Shown piece by piece: positions 1-11,271 of a stretch of 64,000 bases of DNA. The first letter of the stretch is position 1. Each line of letters begins with the position of its first letter. The notes below the pieces were generated by a model. That model was not told the DNA's origin. It worked only from the letters and a program-made list of their open reading frames with translations, and ran no database searches. Position numbers and translations under genes: made by a program. Origin of the DNA: Macrostomum lignano (taxonomy: Eukaryota); contig NIVC01001826.1 in assembly GCA_002269645.1 (NCBI GenBank), positions 109,332-173,331 of the forward strand, read 5' to 3'.

Positions 1-97
1 CAGTCCGATACTTCTGCAATATGAAATGGAATGTAATGAGTTTCTCGGGCATATTAGCTTCAAGGTTCAAGTAAAATATTTACTGTAGCTCTCTAGC

Positions 98-702
98 TCC
101 ATGAAACTCACACCTCATCTCATCTCTTCCGGATGTCTATGAGACACATCTCATCTCCTCCGGATGTCCATGAAACTCACACTTCATCTCATCTCATCTC
201 TCCCAGATGTCCATGAAACTCATACATCATCTCATCTCTTTCAGTTGCCCATGAGACTCACATCTCACCTCATCTCTTCCAGATGTCCATGAAACTCACG
301 CATCATCTCATCGCTTCCAGTTGCCCATGAGACTCACATCTCACCTAATCTCTTCCAGCTGTCCATGAAACTCACACATCATCTTATCTCTTCTAGATTT
401 CCATGAGACTCACACCTCATCTCATCTCTCCCAGATGTCCATGAAACTCACGCATCATCTCATCTCTTCCTGTTGCCCATGAGACTCACATCTCACCTCA
501 TCTCTTCCAGCTGTCCATGAAACTCACACATCATCTCATCGCTTCCAGATGTCCATGAAACTCACGCATCAACTCATCTCTTCCAGTTGCCCATGAGACT
601 CACATCTCACCCCATCTCTTCCAGATGTCCATGAAACTCACACATCATCTCATCTCTTCCAGCTGCCCATGAAACTCACACCTCATCTCATCCCTCCCAG
701 CT
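98..702. repeat. 38-bp minisatellite in Rag intron
   Basis: Unit ccatgaaactcacacatcatctcatctcttccagatgt, about 16 copies. Confidence 0.9.
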
Positions 703-748
703 GCCTCATTTATTTATATTGAGTACAAAATTACATCGAGTCTCTCAC

Positions 749-1163
749 CATCTTTCTGTATTTTGCAGGTACTCTCAAGAAACAGCGTCTCATTTGGGCT
801 CATCTTGTGAAAGACAACTTTTTGTATAGAAGATTTCCCACTTCTACGCAGGCCCATCACCAGGATGCGAGGCTTCTCCTCAGGCGGAGTTTGCGGCATC
901 GCCGTAGTACCCGCCATGGCCGCGCCTGCGATGCTTGCAGTTGACGCTGAACCAATTGGCGGCATTGCAGCACCAACGCCGGCTGATGCAGCGTCAACCT
1001 GGGAGGTGACACCGCCGCCCACGGTCAATCTGCCATTGCTAGCATTAGCATTAGACGCGGCTTGGCCATTCATCAAGTCCACAGGCTGATCGTAGCCATA
1101 TTGAGATGGGAAATTGCCAACCACATAGCTACCAATTATTGGCTCCTCAGATTCGGCTGCCAT
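749..1163 (-). CDS. RRAGC: Rag GTPase C/D (Gtr2 family), first coding exon; gene continues off the left edge
   Basis: Translation contains [36 protein letters not shown], the P-loop/G2 region typical of RagC/RagD/Gtr2. Donor G|GTGAGA at 749/748. RagC versus RagD cannot be resolved. Confidence 0.93.
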
Positions 1164-3401
1164 GACTGACTGGCTGACAAACAGGCTGACTTAGTACTTT
1201 GCAAATGTCATGAATTTAAACGTAAGACAATAGACTATAGAAAAAAGTATAGATTCCAAAATTTGGCTACAAATTAATCTTCTGCAATTACTTGTATCTT
1301 ATCAGAACTTAGCACTGAGGTAATTCTGTTTAAATTCAACTGGCACCTGAGCACGCACTCATAAACACGTCACACTGGGTGTACAGTGGCGCTTGACTTT
1401 CTAATCATCAAACATGTACTCGTACATGTACAACTCTTTGTCACTTGGGAATTGGCCCTTATGTGTATGAATCGGGCAAAAAAACCCTTCAACCCTTCAA
1501 TTTTTATACACAATCTCCAAATTAATGTTGCCATGAGTAGAATCGAACCAGAGGTTACAAGGTCCATGCAAGATTATTATTAATCAACCTGCTAGACATC
1601 ATTTTGTTGACATGATAGGAGAGAATCAGCAGGAGTATCTTGTGTCTATGTAGGCATTCTTTACGACTGGCATTTTTAAGATTTTTGTTGGCTGTGGGCA
1701 GCGGCTAAAGTCCGCAAGCTGCGCCATATGTCTATGGCTCAAAAAGCTGCTACAGACTGCTTGTGTGTATGCGTTGTCTAGCCGAGCAAAAGAGCAAGAA
1801 AGGAGGAGCATTGGAGAGATGAAATAAATAAGAGCCAACATCAACCAACAATACCAACGTGTCAACTGCCTTAGTGACTCAACCAGGAGACCAACGACAG
1901 ACCAACAATTTTTGACAAAGCCAATTTGCTATTTAATAATAACATTTTCTGCACTTGCTAGCTCCAAGATCATAAATAAGAAGGCAGCAAAGATTTTGTG
2001 CACTAGCTTCCACTTAACTTATTCTTGCCATTTAATGCCATAGACTGCATTTAAGCCCACTTGCAGGACTTTAATGCTTTAAACTTATTTTAATGCAAAT
2101 TAGCAGGCAGTTAATGACATTTAATGCCCAATTGTCTATGTCAAACTTACTTTAATGCAAATTAGTAGGCAGTTAATGACATTTAACACCCAATTATTCT
2201 GTCCCACTTTGTCAAGGACACAAATGTCTATGGCACAATAATAGTAATACCCATGCTCTGCAGGCGACCAAAGAATGAGAAATCCTTAGGCGCCTAATGG
2301 CACCCTCTGATTTTCACATTAATGCCCTTAAAGCATGGGTATTAATGTACTATTGTAGACTTCTGGAACTGCATTGCCTTTGACACAAATGAAAATTGTC
2401 CTTTTATTGCATTTAATCTGAATGTTGCTTGTTCTGTCCTATAGCAAAATTAAAAAATATAATGTGTATTAAGTGATCTAAGTGACATTATCACAAAAAA
2501 GCTTTAATATATATATACCTAAAGAAGTTACTAGAGCAAACAGCTAGACATCTAGCAGAAACAAAAGAAGACTCCAAAAGGCTTTTTCAACAGTTGATAA
2601 AGGCTTCCAAGAGCAAGAACACCAGGATTAATAATCTGAAGCATTTAGCATTAGAAGGTCCAAAAGAAAAAACAAAAGGAGACACAGATTTGCTTAAGCT
2701 CATCTTGAAATGCAAGATTGCTAAGCTGCTATTGACCTCACTAATCACTAGTAGTAATAGTCTACCTGCAGGCATAGCTAACAAATGGTTCAAATAGCCC
2801 AAAAGCCATATTCTTCAATTAATTTTGTATAATGTTTGTATATATATATATGCATAACTTCTCTGAACTACACTAGTTATATGAATTATTTTTTGACCAA
2901 AAATGCAACTTACCTATGAAAAAACAAGAAAAATTAATCTAATTTTTGGGTAAATGGCAAAAGTAAGTATGACTATATTATTAAGGCTAGTGCTTTGTTG
3001 TCTAATTAGTTCTACATCCATCTTTTGGGTAGGCATTGTTGCAACTTACCTTGGCTAGGCCCTTTGCCAACTGGCAAAATTGGCCAGGTATTGCGCATGT
3101 ATGTATTTATACATTACATTTAACTTGAAACTATATCAGTTGTTAGTAAACCTTTAGACCACAATGCTTACTTTTATCATTCCTTTGCAGTGATATAATT
3201 TGCTACATGTAGATTGTGTTATAAGTCTCTTTGTTCTATCTTAAAGATATCCCATTGCTATGCTACACAAAAGATATGATAGCACTCTTTTCTGTACTAA
3301 GAAATCTCTAATGTCACCAAAGTTGTAATAATACTATTATTTATACTACTACAATCATGCCTAGTATAAGATGATATGTATATAAAATATATTGATATAA
3401 T

Positions 3402-3769
3402 TAGAGATGGAATGAATATCAGATTTTACTGAATCTGAATACCAAATATTCAGATATAAACTTGCCAAATAATGAATACCAAATAATGAATATCAAATAT
3501 CACAACAGTAGATGTTAAAAAAAAGCATTTGACAAATTCCATTTTTCCATTCATCTAGTCTTCCATTTAAATGTACCCCACAGACGGCAACATTGCAAAG
3601 GTACCAGACTGCATTGCATGTTTTATTCTTATTCTTATTTTAAAAAATCTTATTAAATTCTTATTAAATTCTTATTTAAAAAATTGAAACAAATTCAAGA
3701 ATGAAATAAATAGCAAAAAACTGACTTTTAAATATTGAATATGAATACCAAATATTTGTTCAATCTCTA
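3402..3769. mobile_element. Possible degenerate MITE with TAGAGAT termini
   Basis: TAGAGATG at 3402, ATCTCTA at 3763, internal repeated gaata(c/t)caaat motifs. Confidence 0.3.
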
Positions 3770-3808
3770 GACATAATACTAATATTATTTATTTAACTTT
3801 ATATATTA

Positions 3809-5091
3809 ATGAGGCCAACTCTTCTGTTGGAGGAGAAAGGGAAAGAACTCTTATCACTGGAATCCTATGCCTGAAATCCATCAGCTAAATCCTATGATCT
3901 GAATCTTATTATCTAAGTCCTTTTTATAAAATCTATCAAAATCCCCTCTATGAAACAAAAATCCCTTAAAATCCTCTCCGTGAAATAGAAATCTCTCAAA
4001 ATCTTTTCCATGAAATAGAAATCCCTAAAAATCTTCTTCATGAAATAGAAATCTATCAAAATCCTTTTTTTAAATAGATATTTATTAAAATCCTCTCCAT
4101 GAAACTAATATTCATCAAAATTCACTTTGTTAAACAAATATCTATCAATACTATCTCCTTGAAGCAGAAATCCATCAATTTAATCAATAATCTGTTAAAT
4201 TAGAGTGTATTAAAAAGGCTTTCTAATTGTTTAGCTTAAATACATGCAAAGAAAAGGATTCAGTGTTTAAGGTTATAGCTAGAGCTGCATAGTGCTGCCT
4301 GTTGAAAGGCACCAATAATAAAAAATTGAACCAATTGAACCAGTTAATTGCAAAATTGATTCTTCAGTCAGTCATTATCAGTCAGTTAAAGTTACCAAAA
4401 TGATTATATAATCTAAATCAACCCTCCAATATACAATGGCAGTTAGAAGTTGAAGCCTCTAAATTTATCTATTGCATCTCACAAAAATAAGTACAATCTT
4501 TACAGAAAATTAAAAGTATAGAAATCATTTTTGAATATTGTGCTTTTAGTTTTTATACTTAAAGCAAACAAATTATATCCCTAAACTCAACATTGAAAGA
4601 TCTTTCTAGCAATATAAGTCTCTTCTCTTAAAGTTCAAAACTTAATGTCTTAAGGAATAGTTTGTGTTTGAATTTTTCTAGTTTAAAAGCATTGAATTTT
4701 TTAGTGTATATTCATTGCCTCTTGCCTGCTATTGTGAGAAGCTTGCAAATTTATGCATTGAATTTCACTGTCCACCACCACTAGTTAGCAAGGGTCCAAG
4801 TACATATGCAGCTATTTAGAATGCCTCTATCCTCCCACTAGAGAGAAAATACACTGGCAAGATAAGAAAAAGTTGTGGCATAATCACTCAAAATTGATGC
4901 AAATTTTTAGTTTAGAGCAGAGAAAGGCCAAAGAAAACTAAGAAAACAGTTTTCTGATTTTTTAATAGACTTAATTTTGAAAATTTAAACATTAAAATAG
5001 CCTATTTGTTGTGAAGGAAAATTTTGCATTGATATTTATATTTCCGTGGCCACATTTGAGTTGCCAGCTGTCTAGGAGGAGATATGCATTA
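3809..5091. mobile_element. Dispersed 1.3 kb non-autonomous element, copy A (heavily C-to-T decayed)
   Basis: Collinear similarity over the whole length with 54995-56383 (shared start atgaggccaact, shared end gagttgccagc...tta, shared internal 30-bp repeat). TE class not determined. Confidence 0.8.
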
Positions 5092-6546
5092 GGCATCAAG
5101 GGACAAGTAGTCACTGCACGTCAAGTCATGATCATCGAACATTAACCTTTGAACTAAAAATCAAAGTAAATAGCCACATAGGATACTGATTCAAGTTTTT
5201 ATTAGGTCTAATTTTGAAGATAAGAGCTTGATAGTCTTAAAAGTAGAAGTAAGTTTTGCAAGACAAGTATAAATACTACTTTTTGTTAAACTAGTTAACA
5301 GCGAAAATTTAATAACACGAGTACTTCAAATTTCTCTTTTTCCAAGACAGCTCGATTGCCAAACTCTGGAGTTCACATTGATTTTAAAAAGAGTTTATGT
5401 TTTGTTTTTTGCTCACGAATCTTTACGGGCTCCAAATAGCATAATTGCTGTTGCTTTATAAAATAGCGGTCAGAAAAAATTGATGTGTATTGCCTGTAAC
5501 TGAAAATCTGTTATCTCACGCGCAGTGTGCAAAACCGACGTGAGAGCCATGTAGTTAATTGCAAATTATTGGTTTTTCGCTTCTGAGTTTTCATTTCATA
5601 TTTCATTCTTCAGTATCCATAACAATTAATATGAAAAGCAAAGCGATCGTTGAAGTGCTGCAAGGAAGTTAGTTAAAATAAATAGGTTTGAGTATTTCAT
5701 TTTGCCTAATTTAGTCCACAGGTGACAGGCAAAAGTGCATTTATATGAAATTTGAATTTGAGTTTATAAGTATCAGTGGCCAATGGGGGGCCAATTGCCT
5801 GGGGGTGACTGACGGAGGTCTTTCCAGAGGCGACTATCCAGAGAGAACCCCAAAAAAGTACTTTGTTGTCGCAACTTGTCGGTGCACGATACTTCCCCTG
5901 GTCTTTCGGCGTCCTCCGGCCCCCAATGGAAAATCCTGCGTACGCCAATGATAAGTATATTGGTTTATCGTCTAAATTTTTATCTCGTTATTAATGCATC
6001 ACTTGTAAACAATTTTTATGCATATTTTATTGCACTTCCAACCTCTTTAATTCAACTTGTTTTTCTAATTCAAAACTAGCTCGTAAATTTTGGAAACTAA
6101 AGAAAACTGAACAAACTAAATATCTATTGCAGGCAGAAGAAAAATTATGTATTTGAAGTTCTTCAAGAAATTAACCATTTGGAAGCCAAAGGCCTGCACT
6201 GCAGGCCATACCGAAACGGCCCAGAAACCCAGAGATTGAAAAATGTCTATGGCATCAAAAACCATCTCCCAATCACTAAAGCAAGTGCCCAGTATGGCCT
6301 GCTGTGCAGGCCATGACTGATTTAAAGACGTCCATTATGCATTTCCATTGTGTTTTCACTCAAATGGGAAATGTTAAAGGGGAATTAAAGCGTGGATGAA
6401 TTAGCATGGATCTGGACAGAGACCAGGATTTCCGGGACATTGGCTGCAGCAAAATACTGTCTTCTTAGCTGGAACGTCAGGTTTCAAATTCGGAATCGTT
6501 TGCTTGGGCGAGTCTGGGCTTCCGTTGCTGGGAGTCGTCCGTGTAT

Positions 6547-6687
6547 ATGTGGTATCCTTCGCCCAGCACTTCGCGGCTAAGCTCAGCAACAACTCTCGCT
6601 CTCTTCCTCGCCATTTTATGCACTCTCCTGCTGGAACTCCCTGACTGCCAACCACATTCGCTCATTAGTCCATGTGACAAGACTGTG
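6547..6687 (+). CDS. Ctr/SLC31 copper transporter-like, putative TM1 exon (boundaries uncertain)
   Basis: MWYPSP...TTLALFLAILCTLLLEL resembles the conserved Met plus TM1 ending in Glu of Ctr proteins. A phase-0 donor GTG|GTGATA at 6687 would join the 7437 exon in frame. True start and donor are unconfirmed. Confidence 0.45.
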
Positions 6688-7436
6688 GTGATAAACTCTT
6701 CAGTCAGGATCAATTTCTGGATCCATGCCTTCCGACTCCGTTTCTGACTCAAAAACCGTCGAGTCATTGCTTGATAAAGCGTCTTCCGAATCGGAATCGA
6801 GTCCCAGTCTACGCAAGGCGTCACTTTTAGCTGTCCTATTCGGCCGCGTAAAAGCCATTTGTGGGTAGGAAGGTTTGAACAGGAGCTAGCTGAAAAACTA
6901 TGTGATATACTTTACTTCTGGGCTTCTAGGGTGTGCACTCGATTCAGCAAAAAAGACAAATTTGTCTATGGACTGCTCTGCAGGCCTTTGGGCTTTTAAG
7001 CCATCTTACAGAACCAAGCTTGGGCGCGAAGTGGTTAAACAATTTTCTATTTTTTGGATTCAACTCAGAATCAGCATCAGGTAAAATATGCATTTTTGCC
7101 TTTTTTAAAAGTTTGCATTTCAAAGTTAATACATTTTTAATTAAAATCGAGTATTTTTTTATAATTTTAGTTTTCTGCACAATATTATTAATGTTTGCTG
7201 TGGCTTCAGCACTTAACCAATGGCTTATGTCTTCTCAGAAGTTTTTACTGGTGTATGCTCTTTCTCGCATATGCAAAAGTGGCTTTGCAGTTGACTCTGT
7301 TGTCATTGCCCAATCAAATCAAATTAAATTATTTTGACAGGAAAACTCAGGTACATAGATGATTTGGATTTTTAAATTACATTGCGTGTTTTTTATCATC
7401 ATACTAAATAGATGTCTTACAATCCTTGTCCCACAG

Positions 7437-7739
7437 ACTAATCTATCTGGCTGCCAATTCATTCTGCAATTAATTCGCGTCTCCCTATCAGCCCTGCTGA
7501 TGTATTGCGCAATGTCATACAATGCCGCCGTCCTACTATCAGTAGTGCTGGGCAGCACAATTGGCTATTTTCTATCGCAGTGGAAAAAGCATCGCCTGCC
7601 AGCTTTCATGGAAGCGTTTGGCATCGACTGCGAGGCTCTGCAGGTTAATTCCAATGAAACCTTTGTCACGCACAACAGTAGCTCAGGTGGCACAAAAAAC
7701 TGCACACCACCCGAGGGTGTTCATCTGCAGAAACTATAA
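7437..7739 (+). CDS. SLC31A: Ctr/SLC31 copper transporter-like, TM2-TM3 terminal exon
   Basis: Acceptor tcccacag at 7436, then TNLSGCQFILQLIRVSLSALLMYCAMSYNAAVLLSVVLGSTIGYFL. This has the MxxxM (MYCAM-SYN) and GxxxG (GSTIG-YF) hallmarks of Ctr transporters. Confidence 0.72.
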   Translation, partial: TNLSGCQFILQLIRVSLSALLMYCAMSYNAAVLLSVVLGSTIGYFLSQWKKHRLPAFMEAFGIDCEALQVNSNETFVTHNSSSGGTKNCTPPEGVHLQKL

Positions 7740-7838
7740 GCAACCCGGATATTCGATTCGCATTGATGAAAAAATTGGCTTTGTGAAGGTTAAGCAGAAA
7801 TGGTCACGGTTAGTACTTGGTTATTAGTAAAATTCTGG

Positions 7839-8474
7839 CAGGGGCGGAGTCACCGCGGGGGGGGAACAGGGGGTCATTTCCCACCCCCCAGTAAAAGCTA
7901 TGGGGAGACATGCCAATGCTTTGTCACCCCAACCCACCTTGTGACTCGTTATGGACAGCAATAATTTTGCTTCCGGGCAATAAAGCATATTGCCTGAGGC
8001 GCTAAAATGAGTGCCTGCGACGCTAAAATGAGTGCCTGCTGCGCTAAAATGAGTTCCTGCGGCGCTAAAATGAGTGCCTGCTGCGCTAAAATGAGTGCCT
8101 GCGGCGCTAAATGAGTGCCTGCGGCGCTAAAATGAGTGCCTGCGGCGCTAAATTGAGTGCCTGCTGCGCTAAAATGAGTGCCTGCGGCGCTAAGATGAGT
8201 GCCTGCTGCGCTAAAATGAGTGCCTGCGGCGCTAAGATGAGTGCCTGCGGCGCTAAGATGAGTGCCTGCGGCGCTAAAATGAGTGACTGCGGCGCTAAAA
8301 TGAGTGCCTGCGACGCTAAAATGAGTGCCTGCGGCGCCTAAACGAGTGCCTGCGGCGCTAAAATGAGTGCCTGCGGCGCTAAAATTGCCTGCGGTGCCGA
8401 TTCTGACAATAATGCGCATGTGGAACTCCTAGCTTTGTCCCCCATCCACTATAAACTCCATGGCGACGCCCCTG
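7839..8474. mobile_element. Putative MITE with CAGGGGCG termini enclosing a 21-bp array
   Basis: CAGGGGCG at 7839 and its reverse complement CGCCCCTG at 8467; no target-site duplication evident. Confidence 0.45.
7995..8390. repeat. 21-bp minisatellite
   Basis: Unit gcgctaaaatgagtgcctgcg. Confidence 0.95.
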
Positions 8475-9069
8475 CATGCCGGCACTGTTTCTGCGACTGC
8501 GCACTTCCAGTCACATTTCTCTGTCCGTTTCTGCCTGTCCTCTTTTTTAGCGATGTTCTGTAGCGTTGGAAAAAAATACAACCTTATTTACTTGAAAGTA
8601 CATGTAATGCGGTTGCTATTTGGGGCATTCATTCTGGATTCATGTGCCTGAACTAAAATTTGTTCTCACTCGCGATCGCTTTTTACAGTTGTATTTTTTT
8701 CGAATGGATCATTTTACTATATTTCTGCTTACGCAGTCGTTTTTTTTCACTGTCGCTTTTTAATCACCATTTTTTATCATTTTCCTACATTCACTTGTCT
8801 GTCTACTAAAAGTAGCGATCTAAGAGTAGTAGCGAAGTGATCAGCTGGGCAACGAATTGGCATTTCAATTATTTTCTACACTGTACAAGTAAACAGTTGC
8901 TTTTTTTTAAAGTTTTCATACAAAAATAGTTACTGCATGTTGTAACGATTTATACAAACAAACAACTGCTTTTGAAAAAGTTTGCATTGGTTATTAACAC
9001 ATTTCATGCGGCTCTGTTACATGATTTGTTTCGGAAAAAATGTTTACTTTATTTTTGTTGTACCTCTCG

Positions 9070-9260
9070 TAATATTGTCATTGTTGTCATTGTTGTTGCC
9101 ACTGTTGTTGTCGTTGTTGTTGTCATTGTTGTTGCCATTGTTGTCATTTTTGTCATTGCTGTCATTGTTGCTGTCATTGTTGTTATCATTGCTGTCATTG
9201 TTGTCATTGCTGTCATTGCTGTTGTCATTGTTGTTGTCGTTATTGCCACTTTGCTGTCGC
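9070..9260. repeat. (TTG/TCA) trinucleotide-type repeat
   Basis: ttgtcattgttgtt runs. Confidence 0.85.
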
Positions 9261-10129
9261 AGTTCTTGTTGTTATTGCCTGCTGCTATTTTAGCTGGTTG
9301 TTCTGTCTGCTGTTATAACTGCTGATTCTATCATAGCTATTGTAATTCAAGTCAATCAGTTGCTAAAATATAAGTTACCTCTTTGTCTACGTAACATACT
9401 ACTTACGAGTATTAAGGCAGTCTTGGTACTAACTTTCCTAATGAGTGCAAGAGTGATGCGAAAGTTTAAAAAAAACTCCTTCCTGCACAAACTCTAAGAA
9501 AGCTCCAAAAATTATACACAGAAGTCATGTGACCGAAACAGGCGATAGTGCATATTCACGAAATCAACTTTCAGCTGCAGTCTTTTTTCAATCTCTCATC
9601 TGTCTGCACCGGTTCCCACGCCTAGCTGAATTGTAAATAAATCGCTGCAGCAGCAGTTCTCATGAGAGACAGATTATAGCTAGTTGTTCACTTCACAAGC
9701 AGCTATGTTTATAAGCGTTGATCTGACACGGTTGCACGCAGCATTTCTATATTTCGTATAGCAACAGGGGGGGGGGGATTTCTTGACAGATTGCAGGCGG
9801 GGCTTGCCGCTGATGGTGTCAAGTTTGCACTCTGCTGCTGCTGCATGAGCTCCCCTTCCCTTCTGACATTGTGCTTCTGCACTAGTGAGGAGATCAGGTG
9901 ACACTCGTGTGAAGTAAGATTGAAAACAGTCAAAGATCAAAATCTGCTTGCTTCCAGTTATTCATGCTGCGGCTGCCGTTTCGCGTTCTCACCATTTGGG
10001 TCTGGGTTCCGTTTCTGTTGCCCCTGCGGACTGTGGGCTTCTCGTGCGGTTGATAATGTGTTTGATTTCAGAGATCAGCTGACAGCTGTGTTGGCCTGTG
10101 CTGCCATTTTCTGTCTCGAGATATTTTAA

Positions 10130-10566
10130 TCTCCTCTCTCCCCTCTCCTCTCTCCTCTCTCGTCTCTTCTCTCCTTTCTTCTCTTTCTTCTCTCCTCTCT
10201 GATCTCTACTCTCTCTTCTCTCCTCTCTCCTCTCTCCTCTCTCCTCTCTCCTCTCTCCTCTCTCCTCTCTCCTCTCTCCTCTCTCCTCTCTCCTCTCTCC
10301 TCTCTCCTCTCTCCTCTCTCCTCTCTCCTCTCTCCTCTCTCCTCTCTCCTCTCTCCTCTCTCCTCTCTCCTCTCTCCTCTCTCCTCTCTCTCTCCTCTCT
10401 CCTCTCTCTCTCTCTCTCTCTCTCCTCTCTCCTCTCTCCTCTCTCCTCTCTCCTCTCTCTCTCTCTCCTCTCTCCTCTCTCCTCTCTCCTCTCTCCTCTC
10501 TCCTCTCTCCTCTCTCCTCTCTCCTCACTCCTCTCTTCTCTCTCCTCCCCTCTACCCTCTCCTCTT
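10130..10566. repeat. Pure polypyrimidine (TCTCCTC)n tract
   Basis: About 435 bp of almost only C/T on the plus strand. Confidence 0.95.
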
Positions 10567-11271
10567 TAATCTACCCCCCCACACTATGCCTTTTTTATTA
10601 TCTCAAACCCACGTCCTTGCCTGACGGATTATCGACAAAAAAGCAGACTCCAATCAATGCAATTGGCAGAAACTATAAACAAGCAACAGGCGCTGCTGCT
10701 AGCAAGTGGAAAAAATTGAAATCCAACGCAAACTATGAGGACAAACTCTGTTGTAAATCTTGGACAAAAAAAACAAAGAAGGGTCGGCCCTTGGGCTTTT
10801 TTAGCAAACTAAAAAAATCTAGTAGTACTATAGTTAGCAATAAAAATACTTTGATGGAGGAAGTTGAGCGTAACAATAAACTGATTTGTGACTCAGTCAG
10901 CGTTTATAAAAGCTGAAGCCCCTCAATAAACTGCGCCGCATTTTTTGTAGTCGTAAAACTTTAGGCTTGTTTTTTAGAGCTATTAAGGATGCTTGCAGGC
11001 GGGTGGTAATTTACAATGGCCCGCTTAATTATACTGCCAGTTGGGAGTCTACAGATTGTAAAATCCTGAAAATTTATTGCCGAATTCGAACAGAAAATCA
11101 TTATAAAATGGCGAGCTGGGGGGGGCAATTAAAATAATAATAAAAACTGCAAGAATGTTTTATGCGCTTCCACTATGCACAGGCCTCGCTTGATTATCGC
11201 TCTTCTACTCCCTACATTTGCATCGTTAATCTCTTCTCCTTTTCCCCTGCTTCTCTACATCATGTCCTTAC

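Noticed and set aside
1340-1900. Short ORFs possibly from a decayed transposase (Cys-rich KSCTCTSTC)
   Set aside because: Frames are interrupted and I cannot recognise a family with confidence; needs a profile search.
5774-5950. Possible small MITE or structured RNA (CAGTGGC...GCCAATG)
   Set aside because: Termini match over only 6 of 7 nt, with no TSD and no recognisable RNA family motif.
6933-7337. 134 aa hydrophobic ORF in the Ctr intron
   Set aside because: No ATG start, AT-rich intron-like composition and no recognisable domain.
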